A stretch of DNA of 32,000 bases from Candidatus Saccharimonadota bacterium (GCF_002214165.1 NZ_CP019964.1:750001-782000), one strand, 5' to 3'. Positions 15,033-24,280 are shown, counted from the stretch's first letter. Made by a program: numbers and translations. The notes: generated by a model from the letters alone, not told the origin.

Positions 15033-16271
15033 ATGGTAACGGTAAATGAGGATTTGGCAAAAAGAAGCAAGTTTGCATATAATGATATAGAGGAGGACGA
15101 TGCAATTGCGTCAAAGATAGAAAAAACTGGGAAGGAAGTAATAAAACTCAATAGGGGTGATCCCCCTCAATACATAAAAACTCCGGATTACATAATAGAT
15201 GCATATGTGGATGCACTCAGAAGTTATAAAACAGGATACGTCGACATGACCGGGATCAAGGAGCTGCGCGAAGCTGTATCTGATAGGTATGCAAGATCTT
15301 ACAAGGCCAAGGTAAGTCCTGAAAATGTGATAGTAACACAAGGTGTCTCTGAGGCGCTTGCGTTCTTGAATAATGTGCTTATTAATGACAGGGACCAGGC
15401 AATACTGTTTGCACCGTATTATCCGCAGTATATGCCGCTTCTTCAGATGTACGGAGGTTCTCCTATAATAGAAAAATACTCGGAAAAGCTTAACTGGAAC
15501 CTTGACATAGACTCGCTGGGCAGGTCATTGAAGAGAATGGCAAAACCACAGCTCAGGAAAGTTAAGTATATGATGATAACCAACCCTAACAACCCTACAG
15601 GTACAGTGCTTAAGAGGGATTACCTTGAGGATATAGTGGATCTTGCAAATGAATATGGGCTGTTTTTGGTGAGCGATGAAATTTATGATGAGATAGTTTA
15701 CAATGGTGCAAAATTCACGAGCGTGAGCGAGGTTGCAAATGGTGTACCGCATATGATCCTGAATGGGGCATCAAAGGTTTATGATTCTACTGGATTCAGG
15801 ATCGGATTCATGATAATCCCAGGAACGGACAAGTTTTCATCAAAGGTTTCTGCAAAGCTAAAAGACTACGCCACAGTTAGGCTTTCTGTAAATACGCCCG
15901 CCCAATACGCTATTGCTGCGGCTATAACGAATAAGAAGGAGCATGAAAAAGCGATAAAGAACATGGTAAAAGAGATAAGTGATAGGGTAAATTACGCTTA
16001 TAACTTATTGAAAAAGAATGAATATCTTGATATAGTGAAGCCCAATGGCTCTTTCTATATATTCCCAAAAATAAAGCTTGACCTGCTGAAGATAAAGGAT
16101 GATAATGATTTTGTGGTTAAGCTGCTTAAGGATAAGAACCTGCAGGTAACAAGAGGATCGGGATTTGGTGGAGATGGGCACTTCCGCATAGTGTCTTTGC
16201 CTACTAAGAGCATCTTGAAAGAATCAGTTGATAGGATAAATGACTTCTGTGAAGAAAACAAGAAGAAATAG
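15033..16271 (+). CDS. Class I/II PLP-dependent aminotransferase (aspartate/alanine aminotransferase-like)
   Basis: NPNNPTG, SDEIYDE, and the PLP-Lys context GASKVYDSTGFRIG. AGGTGG lies 7 nt upstream of the ATG. Confidence 0.85.
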   Translation: MVTVNEDLAKRSKFAYNDIEEDDAIASKIEKTGKEVIKLNRGDPPQYIKTPDYIIDAYVDALRSYKTGYVDMTGIKELREAVSDRYARSYKAKVSPENVIVTQGVSEALAFLNNVLINDRDQAILFAPYYPQYMPLLQMYGGSPIIEKYSEKLNWNLDIDSLGRSLKRMAKPQLRKVKYMMITNPNNPTGTVLKRDYLEDIVDLANEYGLFLVSDEIYDEIVYNGAKFTSVSEVANGVPHMILNGASKVYDSTGFRIGFMIIPGTDKFSSKVSAKLKDYATVRLSVNTPAQYAIAAAITNKKEHEKAIKNMVKEISDRVNYAYNLLKKNEYLDIVKPNGSFYIFPKIKLDLLKIKDDNDFVVKLLKDKNLQVTRGSGFGGDGHFRIVSLPTKSILKESVDRINDFCEENKKK

Positions 16272-16309
16272 GAATATTTAAAAATATGATTTAAGAATAT
16301 ATCTTTACT

Positions 16310-16381
16310 GGGCTCGTCGTCCAACGGCTAAGATGCCAGCTTTACACGCTGGAGATTGGAGTCCGACCCTCCACGGGCCCA
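16310..16381 (+). tRNA. tRNA-Val (anticodon TAC)
   Basis: GGGCTCG TC GTCC AACGGCTA AGAT G CCAGC TTTACAC GCTGG AGAT TGGAG TCCGACC CTCCA CGGGCCC A. The acceptor stem has 7 bp (one G.U). The anticodon and T stems are perfect. The T-loop reads TCC instead of TTC. Confidence 0.8.
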
Positions 16382-16440
16382 TTGGACAGCTTATTAGTAT
16401 TTCTATTTTTAGCTTTTGCATCTATGAATTTCACGAAGCG

Positions 16441-18012
16441 TCATTCGGATTGTTTTGCCTTTTCCTCTAATTCCTCTTCGGCTACTATATTCACGCTTTT
16501 CCCAGCATTAGCGGCTATATCAGGCCTTTTCTTTTTGAGGTAAAATCCATATGCGGTTGATAGCACTACGTAAACCGCAATTATGATAATTGCCTCTGTT
16601 ATAGGGTATACCGGAGGCACTACGGATTCGTAAAGCACAAATATGAATATAATTGTGGCGATTGCTGGTAGCAGGTAGTGCTGTATTGGATGCGTTATCT
16701 TCCTGTAACCTACATGTTTTTCCTTAAGCCTTCTGAACATTGTCATGACACTTGTATTCAATAGTACATGCGTTACAATGAGCCCTGCCAAAGCCATTGT
16801 AGTGAGGAATTCAAATGAGTCAGTCAGGGCGGTTATTATGTTTGGGTTGTTTGCGCTTTCAGTTATAAGGGAGATGGGTGACACCCCCATTCCGGCGGAT
16901 ACAAGAAATGTGGATCCTATGGCAATAACAGATGCGGATATCGCAATGAAGCTTAGGGCATTTATCGGCGTGACAAATTTTTTATGCAGCGTGGCAAAGA
17001 ATTTGGGGAGCACCCCATCACGTGCCATTGCAAAGTAAACTCTGCCGGCATTTGACTGCATTGCAACGGAATCGGAGAATGCAGAGTTGAATGCGACAAG
17101 TGACAGCATAACTCCCCCTATGGCGCCCGTATATATAGTAGCTACGATTATACCTGGTATCCCACTCTTTGCAAATGACTGCATCATTGGTATCCCCCAT
17201 CCAACTATCTGGGAGTATGAAACTTCCACAAGCACTATCCCAGTTATAAGAAGCCCGAATATCAAGGATTTTGTAATTGTACGGCTATTCTTTGCTTCTT
17301 CGCCTAAGGGCGCCGACCCTCCATAACCTATGAAGCTTGTCAACCCGAATATCATCCCCAATCCTACGCCTGAAAGCGGCCCGCCCTCAGATGCAAACCA
17401 TGACGAATATTGAGGCCATACAAAAGGGTTGAAAACATTAAGCGTGTTATCAGGCGCTTTTAAAATTATTATGGCTGAGAGCAGGGCAAGGAATGCCACT
17501 TCAAAGAATGCCGCTACCCTTATATAACGCATCTGGGGCCTGATGCCTATCATCGCTATGACAATAGGCAATACTATGAAGATTAAGATTGATGGTATCC
17601 ATATCCATCCTGGCAAGCTTATCGCCAAGAAATAATTTATTACCCCCGGAAGGACAACACCTGCAACAAATACAGGTATTGCGGCTGTGCTTACGATTTG
17701 ATACATCACATATAACAGTCCAGAGCTTATAGCAGGAATGGAGCCAAATGCATTAGCTATATATCCATAATATCCTCCTGCACTGGCATGCCTTTTGGAC
17801 AGATGGTATAAAGTGTTCACTTCCAGGAACATGGTAAGGGTGGCTATAAGAAATGCTAAAGGGGTAAGAAAGAATGCGAAGGTTGCAGAAGCTACGACAA
17901 ATGCAATTGCGTCACAACCAGGTGCCATGGCTGATATTTCCTCGGCTATTGCGCCAAGTGTACCAACTTGGTTTTTCTTTAATCTGGCTACAGCTTTGCC
18001 TTCAGGTTCCAT
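16441..18012 (-). CDS. APC-superfamily amino acid/polyamine permease
   Basis: 523 aa, about 12 hydrophobic helices throughout, with N-terminal GTLGAIAEEISAMAPG typical of APC transporters. Confidence 0.8.
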   Translation of the reverse strand: MEPEGKAVARLKKNQVGTLGAIAEEISAMAPGCDAIAFVVASATFAFFLTPLAFLIATLTMFLEVNTLYHLSKRHASAGGYYGYIANAFGSIPAISSGLLYVMYQIVSTAAIPVFVAGVVLPGVINYFLAISLPGWIWIPSILIFIVLPIVIAMIGIRPQMRYIRVAAFFEVAFLALLSAIIILKAPDNTLNVFNPFVWPQYSSWFASEGGPLSGVGLGMIFGLTSFIGYGGSAPLGEEAKNSRTITKSLIFGLLITGIVLVEVSYSQIVGWGIPMMQSFAKSGIPGIIVATIYTGAIGGVMLSLVAFNSAFSDSVAMQSNAGRVYFAMARDGVLPKFFATLHKKFVTPINALSFIAISASVIAIGSTFLVSAGMGVSPISLITESANNPNIITALTDSFEFLTTMALAGLIVTHVLLNTSVMTMFRRLKEKHVGYRKITHPIQHYLLPAIATIIFIFVLYESVVPPVYPITEAIIIIAVYVVLSTAYGFYLKKKRPDIAANAGKSVNIVAEEELEEKAKQSE

Positions 18013-18226
18013 AAAAAGACTATTATTTACGTCAAAGTAAATATATTAACGGTATTAAAATTTTCGTATATTGGAATATTCGGTTTCGTAAAAATAAGAG
18101 GTAAAAAGTATGCCGCCTGCATATTTGGTTAGCTTTATCCGGCAATTGTAAATAATTATAAATAATTGTAAATTTGTGAACGGGCCGGATTATTAGAACT
18201 CAGAAAAGAGTCCGTAAAGGCATTAT

Positions 18227-18772
18227 TTAGAAGGTTGACTTTGCCTTCTTCTCATACCTGCTCATCTTGGTCTTTGACCTATGGCGTGCCTTTGCTATCC
18301 TTTTCTCTTCGTTAGTATGCTCATCCATGAATATCTTGTTTGATGATAGTGCCTTGTATAGTGCTTCATATCTGTCATAAGTTTCTTTCATCTTGTTGTA
18401 GGATACTTCGGCTGTAACCTTAGGGGTAGGCACCGCCAAGGTTCTGTATCCCCTTACCACTATCCTCGATATCTCATTCAGTATTGTCTTGTTTTCTGAG
18501 GTCTTTGCGAGCTTCATTATTTGTTGGTAATTGTTGAGGTATGCACTCTTCATTGCGTCTCTGCTGTCTATATGGGATAATGAGTTTATTTTGATTGCAT
18601 TTTTTATTGACCTTCTAAGCTTGGATTTATATTCAGATACATTGTCTTTTTCTTTAGATTTCTGCATGGCGGTTGCCGGCTTTGGCTCTGCAGTTAAAGA
18701 TGATTTCTGGCTTTCTTTCCTTTCCTTTGCTTCAACAGGCTGTTTATTATTTTCTTCGGTCATATCGAACAC
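18227..18772 (-). CDS. Hypothetical Lys/Arg-rich protein (181 aa)
   Basis: Clean ORF in an otherwise empty interval. Highly basic termini (…KERKESQK…, …RIAKARHRSKTKMSRYEKKAKSTF) and a helical middle. No recognisable motif. Confidence 0.5.
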   Translation of the reverse strand: MFDMTEENNKQPVEAKERKESQKSSLTAEPKPATAMQKSKEKDNVSEYKSKLRRSIKNAIKINSLSHIDSRDAMKSAYLNNYQQIMKLAKTSENKTILNEISRIVVRGYRTLAVPTPKVTAEVSYNKMKETYDRYEALYKALSSNKIFMDEHTNEEKRIAKARHRSKTKMSRYEKKAKSTF

Positions 18773-18849
18773 TTTTTGTAATAAATAATTATTCGGATAT
18801 TATTTGGCCATTTAAAATATTTATAAACTTTCATAAAAGGTATTTTATT

Positions 18850-19611
18850 TCATAAGGATAATGTTAACTTTACGGGGGCATGGTCCGAACCTTTCACTTG
18901 ATCTAGTATTTCGGCAGATTTTATGTTTTCCTTAAGGCTGGTATCGGTTATGAAATAGTCTATCCTCCAACCTATATTCCTCTGCCTTGCACTTGCGAAG
19001 TTGGACCACCACGAGTATTTTATTTTGTTGCCATTGATGTACCTAAATGTATCTATGTATCCGGATGAGATAACTTCATCCATCCATTCCCTCTCCTCTT
19101 TTGTAAATCCTGCATGGTTAATATTGTTCTGAGGCTGGGCTATATCTATATCCTTATGAGCTACATTGAAGTCTCCGCAAGCAACTACCCCTTTTCTTTT
19201 CTTAAGGTCATTTAGGTAATTTAACAATTCATGATCAAACTGGATCTTGTAATCCAACCTTTCAAGCATAGGTTTTGAGTTAGGAAAGTATATGTTCAGC
19301 AAGTAAAACTTTTCAAATTCTAGTACTTCTACCCTGCCCTCTGCATCCCTGGATTCCCCAATGCCTTTTTGGAATTTTAAAGGTTTTATCCTGCTCATGA
19401 CCATTGTGCCGCTATAACCTTTTTTCTCTGCAGGATTTACAAATAGCTCATACCCTTCGCTCCTTAAAGCTTGTGGTATATCAGATTCCCCTGCCTTGAT
19501 TTCCTGGAAACACAGTATATCGGCATCTTCATTTTTAATGAAATCCGTTAAGCCTTTAGCGGTTGCCGAGCGTATACCATTTACATTCCACGATATGATT
19601 TTCAGTTCCAT
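18850..19611 (-). CDS. xth: Exodeoxyribonuclease III / AP endonuclease
   Basis: SWNVNGIRS, ILCFQEIK, GDFNVAH, WRIDY, GSDHAPV. ATG 19611 (MELKIISWNVNG) is preferred over the ORF-track start at 19638. Confidence 0.9.
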   Translation of the reverse strand: MELKIISWNVNGIRSATAKGLTDFIKNEDADILCFQEIKAGESDIPQALRSEGYELFVNPAEKKGYSGTMVMSRIKPLKFQKGIGESRDAEGRVEVLEFEKFYLLNIYFPNSKPMLERLDYKIQFDHELLNYLNDLKKRKGVVACGDFNVAHKDIDIAQPQNNINHAGFTKEEREWMDEVISSGYIDTFRYINGNKIKYSWWSNFASARQRNIGWRIDYFITDTSLKENIKSAEILDQVKGSDHAPVKLTLSL

Positions 19612-19709
19612 AAGATTTGCCTTCTGTTTAAAGCCCAAAATAGTTCACAAATCCAATAGGGTAGATAAATTCTTATATTTAGGGATAGTTTTCCCTAAAA
19701 TCCTGTTGT

Positions 19710-20450
19710 TTATTCGTCACTGCCTAATCCCTGGTATCCGGATTTTTCTACCTGCGACACCAGCTCCATTCCCCCACTCTTGACTATCCTGCCCTTCTCC
19801 ATTATATGGACAAATGATGGATTCATATAAGACAGGATACGGTTGTAGTGGGTTATCAGTATTGTTCCCATCCCTGTTTCCTTGGCTACTCTTTCTATGT
19901 TTTTTGCAACTATCTTTATTGCGTCTACGTCAAGCCCTGAGTCAGGTTCGTCTAGTATTGCGATCTTTGGCTTGAGCAGGGACATCTGCAATATTTCAGA
20001 TTTCTTTTTCTCCCCTCCTGAGAAACCTTTGTTTAGATACTTGTCTATCAGTGAATAGTTAACCTTAAGCTCGGATTCCTCCGATTTGACATCGTTAAGC
20101 ATGCTTCTCACGTTTACCGGCTTGTCTGATATTGATTCGATTGAAGACCTGAGGAAATTGACAAAACCTACTCCGTCTATTTCTACGGGCTCCTGGAATT
20201 GCAGGAAAAGGCCAAGCTTTGCTCTTTTATCAGTTGATAGATTTAGGATGCTTTTTCCATCTGCCAATATGTCGCCTTCGCTAACCTTGTAGGCAGGATG
20301 GCCCATTATAACCTTTGCCAATGTGGTCTTTCCAGAACCGTTTGGGCCCATAAGCACGTGCATCTCTCCTTCTTTTATGGTCAGGTTAAGCCCTTTTATT
20401 ATTTCATTTTCGCCTATTTTAACATGCAAATTTTTTATTTCCAAAATCAT
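19710..20450 (-). CDS. sufC: Fe-S cluster assembly ATPase SufC
   Basis: Walker A GPNGSGKTT, ABC signature FSGGEKKK, Walker B AILDEPDSGLD, H-loop ITHY. Confidence 0.9.
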   Translation of the reverse strand: MILEIKNLHVKIGENEIIKGLNLTIKEGEMHVLMGPNGSGKTTLAKVIMGHPAYKVSEGDILADGKSILNLSTDKRAKLGLFLQFQEPVEIDGVGFVNFLRSSIESISDKPVNVRSMLNDVKSEESELKVNYSLIDKYLNKGFSGGEKKKSEILQMSLLKPKIAILDEPDSGLDVDAIKIVAKNIERVAKETGMGTILITHYNRILSYMNPSFVHIMEKGRIVKSGGMELVSQVEKSGYQGLGSDE

Positions 20451-20482
20451 TTCATCACTTATATATATTTAACATCAAAACA

Positions 20483-20788
20483 TCAAATTTTAAAGGTGCA
20501 TTTTACATTGGATCCTACAGGGCATATCCTGCAGACCTGCTTTTGCGCATTTGCTGAATCTCCTGCAATCATTAGTGCGGCAATCGATTCTATATCGGAG
20601 TCGTCTATCTTATATGAAGGGCTGACCACATTTAATCTGTTGAGATATTTGCTTACTTCTGCCTGGGTGACTCCAAGCTCCTTTGCTATATCTGATTCCT
20701 TAATATTGAACTTCTCGTTCATCTTTATTGCTAGTGCACTTCTGAATGAAGGAAGAAATTTCTTCAGGAATATCTCGTAGTATATCAT
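20483..20788 (-). CDS. Small HTH-domain protein with a C-terminal Cys cluster, embedded in the suf cluster (101 aa)
   Basis: The HTH-like segment is ESDIAKELGVTQAEVSKYLN. The C-terminus VCRICPVGSNVKC has the pattern C-x2-C-x8-C. It starts 4 nt after the sufD stop. Confidence 0.55.
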   Translation of the reverse strand: MIYYEIFLKKFLPSFRSALAIKMNEKFNIKESDIAKELGVTQAEVSKYLNRLNVVSPSYKIDDSDIESIAALMIAGDSANAQKQVCRICPVGSNVKCTFKI

Positions 20789-20792
20789 GATT

Positions 20793-22061
20793 TCACTTTG
20801 TGTCTTTTATCCCTTCTATAATACCCATCCCTCCATAGAAATCCCATTCTATGGGCTTCAACCCTTTTGGTATATGGTAATCCCTTTTGCTCAGCACATA
20901 ATCCAATATTGAGATTGCTGAATTCCTTACCTCCCTGTCTCTTATCTTGCCTACGTTAGTGCTGAAAAAACCAAGAGATATCAGATGCTCTGCCTGTTCC
21001 TCGGACATCCCTCTTGATTCTAAGTAGAAAAGTTCATCCTTGTCTATAGGTGATGAGTAGCTGTAATGGGATGCTTTGGTGTAACTCTCGTTTATGGACA
21101 TATCGGGCATCATGTTCAGGCTAGCTGTCGAATCCCTTATTATGCCCCTCTGTGATATATGGGAAACAGACTTTTCGGCACCTTCCCGCACCTCTGCGAA
21201 ATCTTTCGCATAACATACAGAGCTTCCGGAAGCTATGACATTGAGGCTTGAATCGCATTTTGTGTTTCTTTCGGCATTGACCAAGTCCGACATCAAGTCA
21301 AATTTTTGGTTCATGCTTCCAGCAACTGTTTTCCTTATATTGACTTCGGCACTTTCGGCAGCTGACACGATGCGGGATTCCTCTTTGGTGAATGAATTGC
21401 CGGCATATATTTCATTGATGTCCAGTTTTGAGTATTCATCGGCATTTGCACGGAGCATGCTAACAACTCCTGAATCTCCACCAAGGTGCATTATATTGAA
21501 CTCCAAGCTTGAATCCTTATTTGCTGATACCTCGTGCATTATTACTGCGGGAGGCAGGTCATCAGATTTTCCAGATAATATGATTTCATTGATTGTTGAT
21601 AGTTCCTTGCTGCTAGAATCTATAATGAGTTGTATAGGGTATAGATTGTGGCTGTAGTCCAAGATAATATTTACAGGCTTCCCTGCTTTAGGCCTTATGT
21701 ATATTATTTTCTCTGAGAATGCGTGCACAAATGCTGCGTACAAATCGGAGTTGTCAAATAGCTTCTTTCTCTGAATGTTAAAAGAGCCTGGAGTATATAC
21801 CTCTACTTCATTTGGCATGTCATTAACTACATCAAGGCCTCCTGTTATCCTGACGTTGAATTTTATACCTAGTATGCTTTCGTATTTTGCATAATCACTG
21901 CTTGCTGCAATGGCATTGCCATTAGGAGGCAGCAATTGGATTTTGAAGTTGTATTTCTTGTACAATATATCTCTAAGGTAGTTTTGTGACGCTCTGCCGC
22001 TTTTCTGCATTGAAATTGCATCCTCCCTAAGGCTTTGGTAATTATTTATATTGTTGTCCAT
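20793..22061 (-). CDS. sufD: Fe-S cluster assembly protein SufD (SufBD family)
   Basis: 422 aa. C-terminal ELFYLESRGMSEEQAEHLISLGFF is typical of SufB/D. It lies immediately (3 nt) downstream of sufB. Confidence 0.75.
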   Translation of the reverse strand: MDNNINNYQSLREDAISMQKSGRASQNYLRDILYKKYNFKIQLLPPNGNAIAASSDYAKYESILGIKFNVRITGGLDVVNDMPNEVEVYTPGSFNIQRKKLFDNSDLYAAFVHAFSEKIIYIRPKAGKPVNIILDYSHNLYPIQLIIDSSSKELSTINEIILSGKSDDLPPAVIMHEVSANKDSSLEFNIMHLGGDSGVVSMLRANADEYSKLDINEIYAGNSFTKEESRIVSAAESAEVNIRKTVAGSMNQKFDLMSDLVNAERNTKCDSSLNVIASGSSVCYAKDFAEVREGAEKSVSHISQRGIIRDSTASLNMMPDMSINESYTKASHYSYSSPIDKDELFYLESRGMSEEQAEHLISLGFFSTNVGKIRDREVRNSAISILDYVLSKRDYHIPKGLKPIEWDFYGGMGIIEGIKDTK

Positions 22062-22064
22062 AAT

Positions 22065-23489
22065 TTATCCCACCGAATTGCTTGTATCCATCTTTATAAG
22101 CCTTTTAAGCTCCAACGAGTATTCCATAGGCAATACCTCCACCAATGGCTGTATGAAACCGAGTACTGCAGTCGCTATTGCATCGTCCTCGCTAAGGCCA
22201 CGTGACATTAAGTAGAATAGTTCATCCTCCCCAAGCCTTCCTACAGTGGCTTCGTGGCTTACAAAAGCGTCATCAGCATATATCTCATTGTAAGGATATG
22301 TGTTTGTCTTTGAATTCTCGTCAAGCAGAAGTGCATCGCATTTCACTGTAGACCTTGCGTTCCTAGCACGGCTGTCTATGTGCACAAGACCTCTATACGT
22401 TGTTATGCCTGTTCCTTTAGAGATGCTTTTAGATATAATCTTTGAAGTTGTATTGCTGGCAAGATGGTATACCTTTCCACCTGTATCCTGACGCTGGCTA
22501 TCCCCTGCTACGGCTATGGAAAGTATCTCCCCTTTTGCACCCTCTCCCTGTAGATATACGCTTGGATACTTCATGTTCGCGCCGCTTCCTATATTCGCAT
22601 CTATCCATTCAACTCTTGCATTTTCTGCTGCAAAGGCACGCTGGGTTACCAGGTTATACACGTTTTTAGACCAGTTTTGCACTGTTACATAACGTATGTG
22701 CGCACCTTTCTTTGCCACTAGCTCTACTACTGCTGCATGAAGAGATGAGTTTATGTAGATTGGGGCGGTGCAACCCTCTATGTAAGTTACGTCTGCATCT
22801 TCATCTGCTATTATCAGAGTTCTTTCAAATTGCCCAGAGCTTTCTGCATTTATGCGGAAATATGCCTGCAGTGGCAATGATAATTTTACGCCTTTTGGCA
22901 CGTATATGAAGCTGCCTCCGGACCATGTAGCTGTATTAAGAGCCGCATATTTATTGTCAGTCGGTGGTATTACGGAACCGAAATATTTTTTTACTAAATC
23001 CGGATGCTCTTTGACCGCTGTATCCATATCTGTGAATATGACACCGCGTTTTTCAAGATCATCTTTGAGGTGGTGGTATACCACTTCTGAATCATATTGT
23101 GCTGCGCCTCCTGCAAAGAATTTCCTTTCTGCCTCTGGGACTCCTAATTTATCAAAAGTCCTTTTTATTTCTTCTGGGACTTTGTCCCAATTATCCGAAT
23201 TTTGGCTGCTCTTGGGCTTCTTGTAGTAATAGATTGAATCGTAGTTTATCTGGCTTAAGTCAGGACCCCAATTTGGGACTGGTTTATCTTTGAATATCTT
23301 GTAACCTAATAGCCTTTTCTTAAGCATCCATTCAGGCTCATTTTTCAACTTTGATATATGTATTACCACATCTTCAGATATCCCTACCTTCATCTCATCG
23401 TATGCGAGCTTATCGCTAAACCCGTATTTCTCTGCATATTCTTTTTCTTCTTGCAAAACGGAATTCGCTAAATCTGACAATCTTGACAC
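22065..23489 (-). CDS. sufB: Fe-S cluster assembly protein SufB
   Basis: 474 aa. Motifs FAGGAAQYDSEVVYH, TLIIADEDADVTYIEGCTAP, HEATVGRLGEDELFYLMSRGLSEDDA. GTG start at 23489. Confidence 0.9.
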   Translation of the reverse strand: MSRLSDLANSVLQEEKEYAEKYGFSDKLAYDEMKVGISEDVVIHISKLKNEPEWMLKKRLLGYKIFKDKPVPNWGPDLSQINYDSIYYYKKPKSSQNSDNWDKVPEEIKRTFDKLGVPEAERKFFAGGAAQYDSEVVYHHLKDDLEKRGVIFTDMDTAVKEHPDLVKKYFGSVIPPTDNKYAALNTATWSGGSFIYVPKGVKLSLPLQAYFRINAESSGQFERTLIIADEDADVTYIEGCTAPIYINSSLHAAVVELVAKKGAHIRYVTVQNWSKNVYNLVTQRAFAAENARVEWIDANIGSGANMKYPSVYLQGEGAKGEILSIAVAGDSQRQDTGGKVYHLASNTTSKIISKSISKGTGITTYRGLVHIDSRARNARSTVKCDALLLDENSKTNTYPYNEIYADDAFVSHEATVGRLGEDELFYLMSRGLSEDDAIATAVLGFIQPLVEVLPMEYSLELKRLIKMDTSNSVG

Positions 23490-23542
23490 CTATTTTATAA
23501 CTGAGTTATAAATATAACGATTGACAACCTATTTATGCTTTA

Positions 23543-23580
23543 ATATTGCAAATTTAACATGTTCTAAAATTTTGCAATAT
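23543..23580. promoter_or_regulatory. 10-bp inverted repeat ATATTGCAAA-N18-TTTGCAATAT in the divergent sufB / DUF192 intergenic region; candidate operator
   Basis: The arms at 23543-23552 and 23571-23580 are perfect reverse complements. A second palindrome, TTATAAC-TGA-GTTATAA, lies at 23495-23511 just upstream of the sufB start. Confidence 0.3.
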
Positions 23581-23628
23581 CAAAATGTATCAGGCAGTTA
23601 ATTAAAAATTGAATTTCAAGGCGTTTAA

Positions 23629-24027
23629 ATGCTCAGATTTTTAAAAAGATTTCAGAGGTATCAAGAGAAACTTATTGCGATTGGGGATATAGAGCTCAAT
23701 GCGGTAATTGCTGACAATTTCATAAAGAGAATGATAGGCTTAATGTACCGGGATTCTTTGAAAGAAAACAGCTGCATGCTTTTCATTTTTGATTCGGCAG
23801 GAAAACTTGGAATATGGATGTATAATATGAAGTTCCCGATTGATGTTCTTTGGATAGATAAAAATATGGCTATTATAGATATTAAAGAAAATCTGCAACC
23901 TTGCAGAAGCATATTCAATTGCGATATCGCATACCCTAAAGCTAACTCAAAATATATAATAGAATTGAATGCTGGATATGTTAAATCTCACGATATAAAA
24001 TTAGGTACAAAAATTAATTTGGAATAA
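23629..24027 (+). CDS. DUF192 (COG1430) family protein
   Basis: RMIGLMYRDSL..NSCMLFIF......IWMYNMKFPIDVLWID matches the conserved DUF192 core (GLM..., M.F.., WM.nt..plDi.f.d). Confidence 0.7.
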   Translation: MLRFLKRFQRYQEKLIAIGDIELNAVIADNFIKRMIGLMYRDSLKENSCMLFIFDSAGKLGIWMYNMKFPIDVLWIDKNMAIIDIKENLQPCRSIFNCDIAYPKANSKYIIELNAGYVKSHDIKLGTKINLE

Positions 24028-24052
24028 ATAAAATAAAAAATTAAAATCCTGA

Positions 24053-24280
24053 TTACTTGGATGACCTGCCGCCCCTATTCATTTTGCTTCTGGCAACATA
24101 TCCTTTCTTATTGATGAAATATAAGTATCCCTGCTCCCTGTTTACGCGCTCGCTCCCAACTTTCTTTTTCTTTCCTGAAGGGTTTGACTTCATAGGGGTC
24201 TGCCATACATATCCATCGCTTCCTAAGTAATATAGGTATCCATCTTCTCTATTAATCTGTTCTTTTCCTACCTGTTCCAT
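24053..24280 (-). CDS. Small basic protein made of two tandem ~35-aa repeats (75 aa)
   Basis: INREDGYLYYLGSDGYVWQTPMK and VNREQGYLYFINKKGYVARSKMN are clearly homologous halves. They are linked by SNPSGKKKKVGSE, and the C-terminal tail is RGGRSSK. Confidence 0.5.
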   Translation of the reverse strand: MEQVGKEQINREDGYLYYLGSDGYVWQTPMKSNPSGKKKKVGSERVNREQGYLYFINKKGYVARSKMNRGGRSSK

